From a virus (taxonomy: Duplodnaviria; Caudoviricetes), in IMG/VR virus record IMGVR_UViG_3300047094_001628, positions 1-53,281 of that record: 53,281 bases of DNA. One strand, 5' to 3'. Under the pieces are notes generated by a model. It did not search any database. It was not told where the DNA came from and was given only the letters and a program-made list of their open reading frames with translations. This document shows positions 17,895-27,025 of this stretch, piece by piece (positions within the stretch are counted from its first letter, which is position 1; every line of letters starts with the position of its first letter). The position numbers were made by a program, and so were the translations under genes.

Positions 17895-18592
17895 TAACAC
17901 AACAAATAAATAAAATCCTTTTTTTTGACATTGAAACCGTAGGTTTATTCAGGAACTACGAAGAACTAGAGAAGAATAATGAAATGTTATTAAAACAATT
18001 TCATAACTATTTCGACTGGTTTTTAAAAAGATTTCCTGAAGATAAGGAATTACCTAAAGAACAAGTTTTTATTAACAGAGCGGCGCTTGTACCAGAATTT
18101 TCGAAAATCGTTTGTGCAAGTTTTGCATTTGTCACACCTGATGGTAAAGTTCACAAACAGACCATTTCAGGTGATGATGAAAAACAAGTATTGTTAGAAA
18201 TAAATCAATTGTTTAATAAAGTTCAAAAATCTGATTTTTGGTTGTGTGGACATAATGTAAAAAATTTTGATATACCACACCTTCTTAAAAGAATGGTAAT
18301 TAACGGAATAAAACCATCTACACTTTTACCTAGTTATGAAACAAAACCTTGGGAAATTAGAGCAATTGACACAATGGATGTTTGGAAATTTGGTAATCCC
18401 TTTGGTTTATCTTCTTTGGAATTGATGTGTGCTGCTATGGGGGTACCTTCCTCCAAGGAAGGTGAGATCACTGGAAATCGAGTACATGAAGCATATTGGG
18501 AATACAATCAATTGAATTTGATTGTTGAATATTGTGAACGTGATGTATTGGTTTTAGTAGATTTAATAAAAAAACTTAAAGAGTTGAAATGA
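17891..18592 (+). CDS. DEDD 3'-5' exonuclease (PolB-exo-related, DNA_pol_B_exo2-like)
   Basis: ExoI FFDIET, ExoII GHNVKNFDIP, ExoIII YCERDV. Confidence 0.85.
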   Translation: MITQQINKILFFDIETVGLFRNYEELEKNNEMLLKQFHNYFDWFLKRFPEDKELPKEQVFINRAALVPEFSKIVCASFAFVTPDGKVHKQTISGDDEKQVLLEINQLFNKVQKSDFWLCGHNVKNFDIPHLLKRMVINGIKPSTLLPSYETKPWEIRAIDTMDVWKFGNPFGLSSLELMCAAMGVPSSKEGEITGNRVHEAYWEYNQLNLIVEYCERDVLVLVDLIKKLKELK

Positions 18593-19263
18593 TGAAAGAT
18601 TCAGATTTAAATGAAAATAAAGAGGACTTTGACTTTGATTTAGATTCAACACTTGATCAATTACATGAGGAGTTGAAAGAGTTGTCACGTAATCTCGAAG
18701 AAAATGGAGATAATGAATTATCTAATTTATCAGAAAAACTTGGTGTAGATTTTGAAAAACTAATAGAAACTCTTTCTTCGAGTGAAAATTCAAACATAAT
18801 TAGTGAAAATGTTTTTGATGGTCGAATTAGATTGAACTATGTTAAAATTCATCCAGATGCTGTTGACCCAAAATACAATTATGGAACTGATTCATGTTTT
18901 GATTTACACTCAGTTATAGATTATGAGTTGGGTGGATTTCAAAGAGCTTTGATACCGACTGGTTTAAAGTTTGACATTCCAGCGTATAATGAACTTCAAG
19001 TGCGAACTAAAAGTGGACTAGCAATCAACCAAGGGTTGGTAGTATTAAATAGTCCAGGAACAATAGATTCAGGTTACAATGGTGAAATAAAAGTAATAGT
19101 TTATAATACAACGTCTGAATCAATTTTTATAAAAAAACAACAAAAAATTGCTCAATGTGGACTGTATCCTGTTTATGTTGGATCTGTAGTCATTTTACAA
19201 CAACTAGATAGTATACAAGAAAAAGACAGAGGGGCAAATGGTTTTGGTTCAACAGGAATTTAA
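18589..19263 (+). CDS. dut: Trimeric dUTPase with an acidic N-terminal extension
   Basis: FDL, KSGLA, GTIDSGYNGEI, IAQ and RGANGFGSTG match dUTPase motifs 1-5. Confidence 0.92.
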   Translation: MMKDSDLNENKEDFDFDLDSTLDQLHEELKELSRNLEENGDNELSNLSEKLGVDFEKLIETLSSSENSNIISENVFDGRIRLNYVKIHPDAVDPKYNYGTDSCFDLHSVIDYELGGFQRALIPTGLKFDIPAYNELQVRTKSGLAINQGLVVLNSPGTIDSGYNGEIKVIVYNTTSESIFIKKQQKIAQCGLYPVYVGSVVILQQLDSIQEKDRGANGFGSTGI

Positions 19264-19265
19264 TT

Positions 19266-20765
19266 ATGATAACAGTAATATATTCAACACATAAAGATTC
19301 AAATTATAACAAATCTTTTAAACACAATCTAACAAAAAGTATTGGAATTAAAAATTTCGAAATACTTGAGTATGAAAATTTTAATCAATATTCACTTGCT
19401 GAAGTTTACAACCGAGGGATACGTAAGTCTAAATACGAAATAATTGTCTGTATTCACAATGATATTAGATTAGAAACTGGATGGGGTAAAAAACTACTCA
19501 AAAATTTTGAGGATAACCCTGATTATGGTATTATTGGGAAAGCAGGTTCTTGTTATTTTCCCGAATCAGGAGTTTATTGGGAAAAAATGCACCAAACAAT
19601 GGTTGGTCAAGTTTACCACCATCCCGAAGGTCAACATAAATTTTTAAGTAGATATTCAACAAAACTACCTGAGTTAATTCCTGTGGTTACAATCGATGGA
19701 TTGTTTATTTCATTTAATAAAACAAAAGTAAAACATCAATTTGATGAAACAATTGGTAGATTTCACTTTTATGACCATTCGTTTTGTTTACCAAATTATT
19801 TAGATGGGGTTAAAATTGGTGTGACATCATCATTTGACATTACTCATCAATCCATAGGACAACCCAACCAAGAATTTTTTGAGACTAAAGAAAAGTTTAT
19901 AAAAAAATTTGGTTCGGTATTACCATTAGACTTGAAACCAGAAAAAATATATGTTGAAGAGGTTAACGAAAAACCATTAAAAAATATTGGTAAAGTGGCG
20001 GTAGTAATCCCAACTAAGGGAAATGTGGAAATGTTATTTGATTGTGTCAGATCTTTTTTTGAACATTGTAATCATAACCTATTTACAATTTTTATTGCTG
20101 ATACAGGGTCAAACGGAAATGAAAAAGATTGGATCAGACAAAATATTTTAACAATGGGTAATGTTGAATTGATAGAGTATGACTACTATAATTTTGCTAA
20201 AATTAATAATGACGTTGTTAGAAATCACATAAGTGAAGATTATTCTTTTATTTTATTTTGTAATAATGATATTAAATTAATGAACAATGTAATATACAAC
20301 ATGTTGACAATTTTTAAGGAAAACGTAAATGTTGGTACTGTTGGTGCGAGACTTCACTTCGATGATAATACCATTCAACACAGTGGTATTATGATTAATA
20401 CAGATGAGAATGGTGGATTACGTCTCGGTCATATTGGATATCAGTCATATTATAATTTCATTAATAATAACACAACTATACTTGGGAACACAGGTGCTTT
20501 ATTAATGATTAGGAAAAATATTTTTGTTAAGTGTGGGATGTTCAATGAAAATTATGTAGAATATTTTGAAGACGTTGAATTAAATTTAACTAGTATACTT
20601 TTAGGTTATAAAAATTATATTTCTGGTAAATCTGTTGCAATTCATTATGAATCTAAATCAAGGAATGAGGTTCCAGGTATTTATGAAAGACAACAATTGG
20701 ATGGTAAAAGATTATCCGAATTTTTCAACAAACACCGACATAAATTATTTACAAATGGAAGATAA
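19266..20765 (+). CDS. Double-domain GT2-type glycosyltransferase
   Basis: N-domain YN.GI..SKYEIIVCIHND...DGLF...FHFYD; C-domain VVIPT...FCNND...QHSG...TGALLM...EDVEL. Confidence 0.85.
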   Translation: MITVIYSTHKDSNYNKSFKHNLTKSIGIKNFEILEYENFNQYSLAEVYNRGIRKSKYEIIVCIHNDIRLETGWGKKLLKNFEDNPDYGIIGKAGSCYFPESGVYWEKMHQTMVGQVYHHPEGQHKFLSRYSTKLPELIPVVTIDGLFISFNKTKVKHQFDETIGRFHFYDHSFCLPNYLDGVKIGVTSSFDITHQSIGQPNQEFFETKEKFIKKFGSVLPLDLKPEKIYVEEVNEKPLKNIGKVAVVIPTKGNVEMLFDCVRSFFEHCNHNLFTIFIADTGSNGNEKDWIRQNILTMGNVELIEYDYYNFAKINNDVVRNHISEDYSFILFCNNDIKLMNNVIYNMLTIFKENVNVGTVGARLHFDDNTIQHSGIMINTDENGGLRLGHIGYQSYYNFINNNTTILGNTGALLMIRKNIFVKCGMFNENYVEYFEDVELNLTSILLGYKNYISGKSVAIHYESKSRNEVPGIYERQQLDGKRLSEFFNKHRHKLFTNGR

Positions 20766-21315
20766 AATAACATTTATTATACCGTCATTGAATAGGCCAA
20801 CAATTATTAATTCCATTGAATCACTATTAAAACAGACTAAACCGAATTGGGAGTGTGTAGTTATTTATGATGGGGTTGATGGTCCTGATTTTAATGATGA
20901 CCGGATTAAAGTACTTAAGATAACTAAAACAGGTACAATCGGTCCTTTTAATGGACAATCAGGACTAGTCAGAAATTTTGGTATCAAAGAGTCTAAAACT
21001 AAATGGATTGGATTTTTAGATGATGACGATACCATACATAAAGACTATGTAAAAGATTTATTCGATAAGTATTCTAACTATGATTTCGTGGTTTGGAGAA
21101 TGGTCTACACTGATGGTCGAATATTACCCCCACCAAATAATGATGATTTGTCATTTGGAAGTGTTGGTATTTCTTTTTGTTTTAAAAATAAATTTGAAAA
21201 TCTATTATTTGATAACAACAGGAACGGTGAAGATTATGATATGGTAACAAAATTAAAATCACTAACTTCAAATTTTATAGTTACGCCTGAAGTATATTAT
21301 AATGTAAGACACTAA
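20755..21315 (+). CDS. GT2 glycosyltransferase
   Basis: Likely start MEDKITFIIPS at 20755; RNFGIK, WIGFLDDDD, GEDY. Confidence 0.85.
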   Translation: MEDKITFIIPSLNRPTIINSIESLLKQTKPNWECVVIYDGVDGPDFNDDRIKVLKITKTGTIGPFNGQSGLVRNFGIKESKTKWIGFLDDDDTIHKDYVKDLFDKYSNYDFVVWRMVYTDGRILPPPNNDDLSFGSVGISFCFKNKFENLLFDNNRNGEDYDMVTKLKSLTSNFIVTPEVYYNVRH

Positions 21316-21349
21316 AATAAATATTAACTATTTACCAAAGAATGTTTAT

Positions 21350-21439
21350 ATGATTAACATAATAGAAATAACTAATGAAAATCAATTAACGAATAGTTAT
21401 ATTTTAACTTCTGAGGTGATGTATAAAAAAAATCATTAA
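21350..21439 (+). pseudogene. 29-codon relic whose C-terminus resembles the end of the preceding GT2
   Basis: MINIIEITNENQLTNSYILTSEVMYKKNH* versus ...SLTSNFIVTPEVYYNVRH* of 20755..21315. Confidence 0.45.
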
Positions 21440-21451
21440 AGACAATTAATT

Positions 21452-22111
21452 ATGAAAATTTTAATTAAATTTCCCACAAGAGGTAGACCTAAAAAATTTC
21501 TAGAAGTTTTAGATATGTATTATAGTTTTTTATCTGATATAGATAGAACAATATTTCAAATAACAATCGATGAAGATGATATATTAATGAATAACAATAA
21601 TGTAATTGATAAATTAAAAAATTATAAAAATTTATTTTATAATATCGGTATCAGTAAAACTAAAATTCACGCTGTTAATAGAGATATTATTGTTGGAGAT
21701 TGGGATGTATTATTATTAGCGTCTGATGATATGATACCAATAAAAAATGGTTATGATGATATAATACGAAAATATATGATAGATAAGTATCCTGACACTG
21801 ATGGGGTATTGTGGTTTTATGATGGGAATCGAAAAGATTTAAATACCCTATCTATTTTAGGTTCAAGATATTATCAAAGATTTAATTATATCTACAATCC
21901 TGATTATAAATCGTTATGGGCCGACAATGAATTTATGGCAGTTGCGGATATATTAAATAAACAAACATTTTATGATGAAGTAATTATACATCACCAACAT
22001 CCTGATTGGGGATATGGTAGTAGAGATAAAGTTCATACTCTAAATAATATGAATGACACATATGATAAAAATGTCTTTTTATTAAGAAAAAAAAATAATT
22101 TCTATTTATGA
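21452..22111 (+). CDS. GT-A fold (GT2-like) glycosyltransferase
   Basis: MKILIKFPTRGRP, LLASDDMIP, ADNEF; paralogue of 966..1646. Confidence 0.75.
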   Translation: MKILIKFPTRGRPKKFLEVLDMYYSFLSDIDRTIFQITIDEDDILMNNNNVIDKLKNYKNLFYNIGISKTKIHAVNRDIIVGDWDVLLLASDDMIPIKNGYDDIIRKYMIDKYPDTDGVLWFYDGNRKDLNTLSILGSRYYQRFNYIYNPDYKSLWADNEFMAVADILNKQTFYDEVIIHHQHPDWGYGSRDKVHTLNNMNDTYDKNVFLLRKKNNFYL

Positions 22112-22839
22112 ATACACATTTAATTGTTTTTGGAACTGATGATTATAAAAATTCAATATCATCGTTGATAAAAAGTTCGGAAAATTATTTCGATATTACT
22201 CATGTTTTTAATCTAAATGATATTGACGAAAACTTTAAAAATAAAAATAAAAATATTTTAGAACAAGGTAGAGGTGCGGGTTATTGGTTATGGAAACCAT
22301 ACTTTATACATAAAGTATTGTTAGATTCGAATGATGGTGATGTTATTTTTTATGTCGATGCTGGAAATATTTTCATAAACGACCCATCACTTTTATACGA
22401 AAAATTATCTGAAAATAATGATATAATATTATTTGATAATAGAGATGGGATGGCTGACGGAGAACCACCTCCAAATAAAGATTGGACAAAAAAAGATACA
22501 TTTATTTTAATGGGGTTAGATGATAGTAAGTATACTGATGGTCCACACGTTAATGCGTCATATCAGATATACAAAAAATCCCCAAAAACAATAAGTTTTG
22601 TTAAAGAATTATTAGAATGGTCTCAAAATGAAAACATTTTAACAGATATCTCAAACATTACAGGAAACAATTATCCATCATTCAAAGACCATAGACACGA
22701 CCAAAGTGTTTTATCTTTAATGGCGTTAAAGTACAACATTAATCTAGAAATCGATCCATCTGAATGGGGTAATAAATGTGGTATAAGGAAAACTCCTCAG
22801 TTATTTCTACACCATAGAGATAGAAATTTTATACTATGA
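22108..22839 (+). CDS. Putative GT-A glycosyltransferase (GYWxWKP...DAG...HRHDQS family)
   Basis: RGAGYWLWKPY, FYVDAG, DHRHDQSVLSL; located in a glycan cluster. Confidence 0.6.
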   Translation: MNTHLIVFGTDDYKNSISSLIKSSENYFDITHVFNLNDIDENFKNKNKNILEQGRGAGYWLWKPYFIHKVLLDSNDGDVIFYVDAGNIFINDPSLLYEKLSENNDIILFDNRDGMADGEPPPNKDWTKKDTFILMGLDDSKYTDGPHVNASYQIYKKSPKTISFVKELLEWSQNENILTDISNITGNNYPSFKDHRHDQSVLSLMALKYNINLEIDPSEWGNKCGIRKTPQLFLHHRDRNFIL

Positions 22840-23558
22840 TAGATTTTTTCGAAAAAAATAAAAAAAATAATTTAAATGAAATTTATGAATTATTTTTAAA
22901 TGAATATAATAACGATTTGACATTAATTAATCATCGAACTTATATTGAAGATAATAATTTAGGATATGGTGAAAAACCATTTCATGTTATTTGGAGAGAA
23001 ATTGTAAACTCCCAAGCTAAAAAATTTAAATTTTTAGAAATAGGAGTTTATAAAGGTCAAGTTTTAAGTTTAGTTAAACTCTTGTCCGATTTAAAAAATA
23101 AAGAATGTGAATTTTATGGTGTAACACCTTTGAGTAATGTGGGAGATAAATATTCAAAAAATTATGATACTGTAGATTACGTTTTAATCATAGAATCATT
23201 ATTTAAGAAATTTAATTTAGAATTTAATTTAAACACAAACATAATCAATGGGAGTTCTGTTGAGGAAGGTATAAAAAATAAGGTTAAACAATTAGGTATT
23301 TTTGATGTTGTTTACATCGATGGTTGTCATGATTATGATTGTGTTGTTTCTGATATATTATTAATGAAAGAAATTACAAAAAATGGTTCTTACATTATTA
23401 TGGATGACGCATCTTGTTATAAACCAATAAATCGAATCGGAGCACACTTGGGACACCATGACGTATGTAATGCTGTAAGGGACCATATTGAAAATGATAA
23501 TTGTTTTGAAGAGGTTATTTGTGTTGGACATAATAGAGTATTTAAAAAAATAAAATGA
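22836..23558 (+). CDS. Class I SAM-dependent methyltransferase (Methyltransf_24-like)
   Basis: FLEIGVYKG, FDVVYIDGCHDY, IIMDD. Confidence 0.85.
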   Translation: MIDFFEKNKKNNLNEIYELFLNEYNNDLTLINHRTYIEDNNLGYGEKPFHVIWREIVNSQAKKFKFLEIGVYKGQVLSLVKLLSDLKNKECEFYGVTPLSNVGDKYSKNYDTVDYVLIIESLFKKFNLEFNLNTNIINGSSVEEGIKNKVKQLGIFDVVYIDGCHDYDCVVSDILLMKEITKNGSYIIMDDASCYKPINRIGAHLGHHDVCNAVRDHIENDNCFEEVICVGHNRVFKKIK

Positions 23559-24328
23559 CAAAAAATAGTATTACATGTGTATTGACTACACATAATAAAG
23601 AAAATTTAATTGAATTGGTTTCAAACGGTATTGTTCAAAACGTATCTGATTTGACAAAACAAATTGTTGTTGTTTTTGATGGATGTATAGATAATACTGA
23701 AAATTTAACGAAAAATATCTTTAAAAATTTCAAAGGAGTAGTTGATTATATTTATACTGATGATGTTTTTGAACTGAAAGCTAATAATGCCGGATTAAAA
23801 GTTGTGGAATCGGAATATGTGATTTTAATTCAAGATGATATGGTAATAAAGGAAAAAGATTTTGATAAAAGAATGTTAAAACCTTTTTTATTCTTTTTAG
23901 ATGTTTTTGCTGTAACATCACAAACCGCACATAATAATATAGTCATTGGTAATACTTTATCTACGGTTGATGAGGCGGATAGACGGCGTGGATACCCTAG
24001 AGATAAATTTGCAATCAGAGAGATTGCGAATAGAGGTCCTTTAATGTATAACTACAGTGACTTAGTTAAATTAAATTTTTTTGATGAATTTTTATGTCCA
24101 AATTCATATGATGACCACGATATTTCTTATCGTGCTTACAAAGAATTAAATAAGATTAGTGGTTTATATTGGATTGATTATAATTCTGAACCTGGATGGG
24201 GTACTGGTAGACAAAAAAATCAACATATACATAATACGGCACATCACAGAAATTCAAAAATAATAATTGAACGTCATTCAGATGTTTTAAATGGTGTAAT
24301 TAAAAATGAAGATAGAAATTTGAATTAA
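23555..24328 (+). CDS. GT2 glycosyltransferase
   Basis: VLTTHN, VVFDGCID, ANNAG, ILIQDDM, YDDHD. Confidence 0.8.
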   Translation: MTKNSITCVLTTHNKENLIELVSNGIVQNVSDLTKQIVVVFDGCIDNTENLTKNIFKNFKGVVDYIYTDDVFELKANNAGLKVVESEYVILIQDDMVIKEKDFDKRMLKPFLFFLDVFAVTSQTAHNNIVIGNTLSTVDEADRRRGYPRDKFAIREIANRGPLMYNYSDLVKLNFFDEFLCPNSYDDHDISYRAYKELNKISGLYWIDYNSEPGWGTGRQKNQHIHNTAHHRNSKIIIERHSDVLNGVIKNEDRNLN

Positions 24329-24331
24329 ATA

Positions 24332-24652
24332 ATGATATACGTATTTGATTTAGATAACACTTTATGTGACACAAAGAAAAAAGACGATGGTAATTGGGAT
24401 TACTTGAATGCTAAACCATTTATAGATAGAATTAAAATGGTAAATGAATTATATGATAATGGTAATCGTATTATTGTAGAAACCGCAAGAGGCTGTGTTT
24501 CAAAAAAGAATTGGTATGAACAAACATATCATCAGTTAGTTAGTTTTGGTTTAAAGTTTCATGAATTAAGAACTGGTGTTAAATTTAATGCAGATTTTTT
24601 CATCGATGATAAAGCAATAAATTCAAACGATTTTTTTAATGGGAATAATTAA
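24332..24652 (+). CDS. Small HAD phosphatase (capsule-biosynthesis EcbF/BcbF-like)
   Basis: FDLDNTL motif I, ETAR motif II, K...FIDDKA motifs III/IV. Confidence 0.8.
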   Translation: MIYVFDLDNTLCDTKKKDDGNWDYLNAKPFIDRIKMVNELYDNGNRIIVETARGCVSKKNWYEQTYHQLVSFGLKFHELRTGVKFNADFFIDDKAINSNDFFNGNN

Positions 24653-25973
24653 TCGAGTTATAAAAAAACAACCTAAATTTATAAAAAAAATTTATTATGA
24701 TTTAGTACCATTCAAATATAGATACGGTAAAACGTTTTTAGATACTTGTGACTTTTTAAATGAAGTAGATAAGTGGTCTTACAATAGGTCAGTAGAACAC
24801 CAATTTGACCAATTAAAACAGATTTTAAACCACTGTAATCAGAATGTACCATATTACAGTAAACTATTTGCAAATTACGGTTTTAATCCGAACATACAAT
24901 CGTTTGATGATATAAAAAAATTACCGTTACTCACTAAGGATATTATCAACAATAATTTTGATGATTTGATTTCCAAAAATTTTAATGGTAAAAAAATAAT
25001 GTTTAAAACATCGGGTTCTACAGGAAAAAGATTAAGATTTTATGGTGAAGACTCAATGTATAAAAAAGAAGCGGCATATATCTTACATAGTTTTAAATCA
25101 CATAGTGGGGACCTTTATGATAAATGGACAATATGGATTAGAAGGCATTCCCCTAAAGATATGAATGATTTAGTTGTGAGAGACTATGAACTTAAACGGA
25201 TTTATATCTCACCATTCCATTTAAATGATGATACTATTTTTTACTATGTTAATTTAATCGACCAAAGTAAATCAACAACTATTGTAACATACCCGTCAAC
25301 CGCATTTTGGTTATCCTGTTTGTTTGAAAAACACAACATAAGGTTACAACATGTAAAATCAATACATGGGGCATCTGAAAAATGTTTAGATGTGTGGAGA
25401 GATAAGATAAAACAGGTATTTGGTTTTAATTTAAAAATGCATTATGGTCAAGTTGAAAAGGTTTCTTTTATGTATCAATCTAATAATAGTGAATATTACC
25501 ATAATGATTTAACATATTCATTTACCGAATTTGATGAATCAAAAACTATTATTGGGACATCTTTTCTGAATTATGTGATGCCGTTTATTCGTTATGAGAC
25601 AAATGATGTGGTCACATTAAATGAGAATGTGGAATATGATATTTCAAGACCATTAGTTGTTTCTAAAATAGATGGTAGGGTGGATGATATGATTGTTTCA
25701 GAAAATGACACGAAAATACCCTCTGTCAACTTTTACACAGTAATGTCAAAAAGAGAAGAGATTAGTATGTTCCAACTCTACCAAAAATCAGATAAATCGT
25801 TATATTTTAAAATAGTAATTAACTATAATTTTAACGATTCTGTTTTGGATAAACTTCGTGACGAAATTGTTAAAAGGGTGGGTAATTTACCATTACAATT
25901 TGAAATTGTTAATGAAATACCAAGAGACTTAAACACTGGTAAAATAAGGTGCGTAATAACGGAATTAAAATGA
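24639..25973 (+). CDS. CapK/PaaK-like adenylate-forming (ANL) ligase
   Basis: VPYY, LPLLTK, TSGSTG P-loop, YGQVE, MPFIRYETND, GRVDD, TGK. Confidence 0.85.
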   Translation: MGIINRVIKKQPKFIKKIYYDLVPFKYRYGKTFLDTCDFLNEVDKWSYNRSVEHQFDQLKQILNHCNQNVPYYSKLFANYGFNPNIQSFDDIKKLPLLTKDIINNNFDDLISKNFNGKKIMFKTSGSTGKRLRFYGEDSMYKKEAAYILHSFKSHSGDLYDKWTIWIRRHSPKDMNDLVVRDYELKRIYISPFHLNDDTIFYYVNLIDQSKSTTIVTYPSTAFWLSCLFEKHNIRLQHVKSIHGASEKCLDVWRDKIKQVFGFNLKMHYGQVEKVSFMYQSNNSEYYHNDLTYSFTEFDESKTIIGTSFLNYVMPFIRYETNDVVTLNENVEYDISRPLVVSKIDGRVDDMIVSENDTKIPSVNFYTVMSKREEISMFQLYQKSDKSLYFKIVINYNFNDSVLDKLRDEIVKRVGNLPLQFEIVNEIPRDLNTGKIRCVITELK

Positions 25974-27025
25974 TAAAAACTAATAAAAGATTAGAACTAA
26001 TTAATGAATATAAACCATCAAAAAGAACTGTTGATGGTGATATAAAAAAATTAGATTGGAATGAGTGTAACTTACCTTACAATGAGGAATATACTAATAT
26101 CTTATTATCATCATTGTCCTCTGTTAATTATAGTGAATATCCAAACATCAACAATGAAAATTTAATAAAAAAATTAAGTCTTTATTGTGGTGTTGAATCA
26201 AAAAATGTCCAAATTTTTAATGGTTCCGACTCCGCATTACACAACATATTTACAACATTTTTAAATTCTGAGACAAATGTGTTAATTTATTATCCGAATT
26301 ATAGTCAAATTGAAACATATATTAAACTTTACTCGGACAATGTAAATCACTCTAACATATACAACCCATTTGGTCAACACGAATATAATTTTTACGATAT
26401 CATTCACAACGATGTAATTTACATTAGTAATCCAAATAACCCAACTGGGTTTTGTTTAGATGTTAAAGTCATTGAGCGTTTATTAACTATCTACCCAAAT
26501 AAATTATTTATCATTGACGAAGCATATTACGAATTTTCAAAAAAATCCTGTTCAACATTAGTCAAGACACATGGTAATTTAATTGTAACTCGAACTTTTT
26601 CTAAAGCGTTTTCACTAGCGTCAATCAGATTAGGTTATATTTGTGCGAATGAAGAATTAATTAATTCAATAAATAAAATTAGAAATAGTAAAGAAGTCAA
26701 CTCTTTTGCACAAAAATTGGGTGAAATTGCTTTGGATAATATAGAATATATTGAAGATCGGGTGAATATTATTATTCAAAATAGAAAAAGATTTGAACAA
26801 ATATTAAAAAATAACAATATTGAATTCATAAAATCTGAATCAAACTTTATTTTAATTAGGGTTCTTGATAGTAAAAGAGTAATCGAAGATTTGTTTAATC
26901 AAAAGATATTAGTTAGAGATAGAGGTATGTTTTTTGGTTTAGACAATACAATTAGGATTACCATAGGTGATTGGGAGGATATGGAAATAATAATAAAAAC
27001 AATTTTAAACAAAAATGAATACTAA
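25970..27025 (+). CDS. PLP-dependent class I/II enzyme (HisC/CobD-like aminotransferase or decarboxylase)
   Basis: LDWNE, NGSD, NPNNPTG, IDEAY, RTFSKAFSLASIRLGY (PLP lysine); likely start at the ATGA overlap at 25970. Confidence 0.88.
   Translation: MIKTNKRLELINEYKPSKRTVDGDIKKLDWNECNLPYNEEYTNILLSSLSSVNYSEYPNINNENLIKKLSLYCGVESKNVQIFNGSDSALHNIFTTFLNSETNVLIYYPNYSQIETYIKLYSDNVNHSNIYNPFGQHEYNFYDIIHNDVIYISNPNNPTGFCLDVKVIERLLTIYPNKLFIIDEAYYEFSKKSCSTLVKTHGNLIVTRTFSKAFSLASIRLGYICANEELINSINKIRNSKEVNSFAQKLGEIALDNIEYIEDRVNIIIQNRKRFEQILKNNNIEFIKSESNFILIRVLDSKRVIEDLFNQKILVRDRGMFFGLDNTIRITIGDWEDMEIIIKTILNKNEY

Noticed and set aside
20635-20754. Upstream extensions given in the ORF track (20635, 16041, 25949, 28211, 40451, 41612, 49784)
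   Set aside because: They overlap neighbouring genes or promoter motifs; downstream ATGs give better coupling and domain starts.
25970-27025. Calling this hisC for histidine biosynthesis, and 24639..25973 paaK
   Set aside because: No other his or paa genes are present; the glycan-cluster context favours a tailoring role, so gene symbols were withheld.
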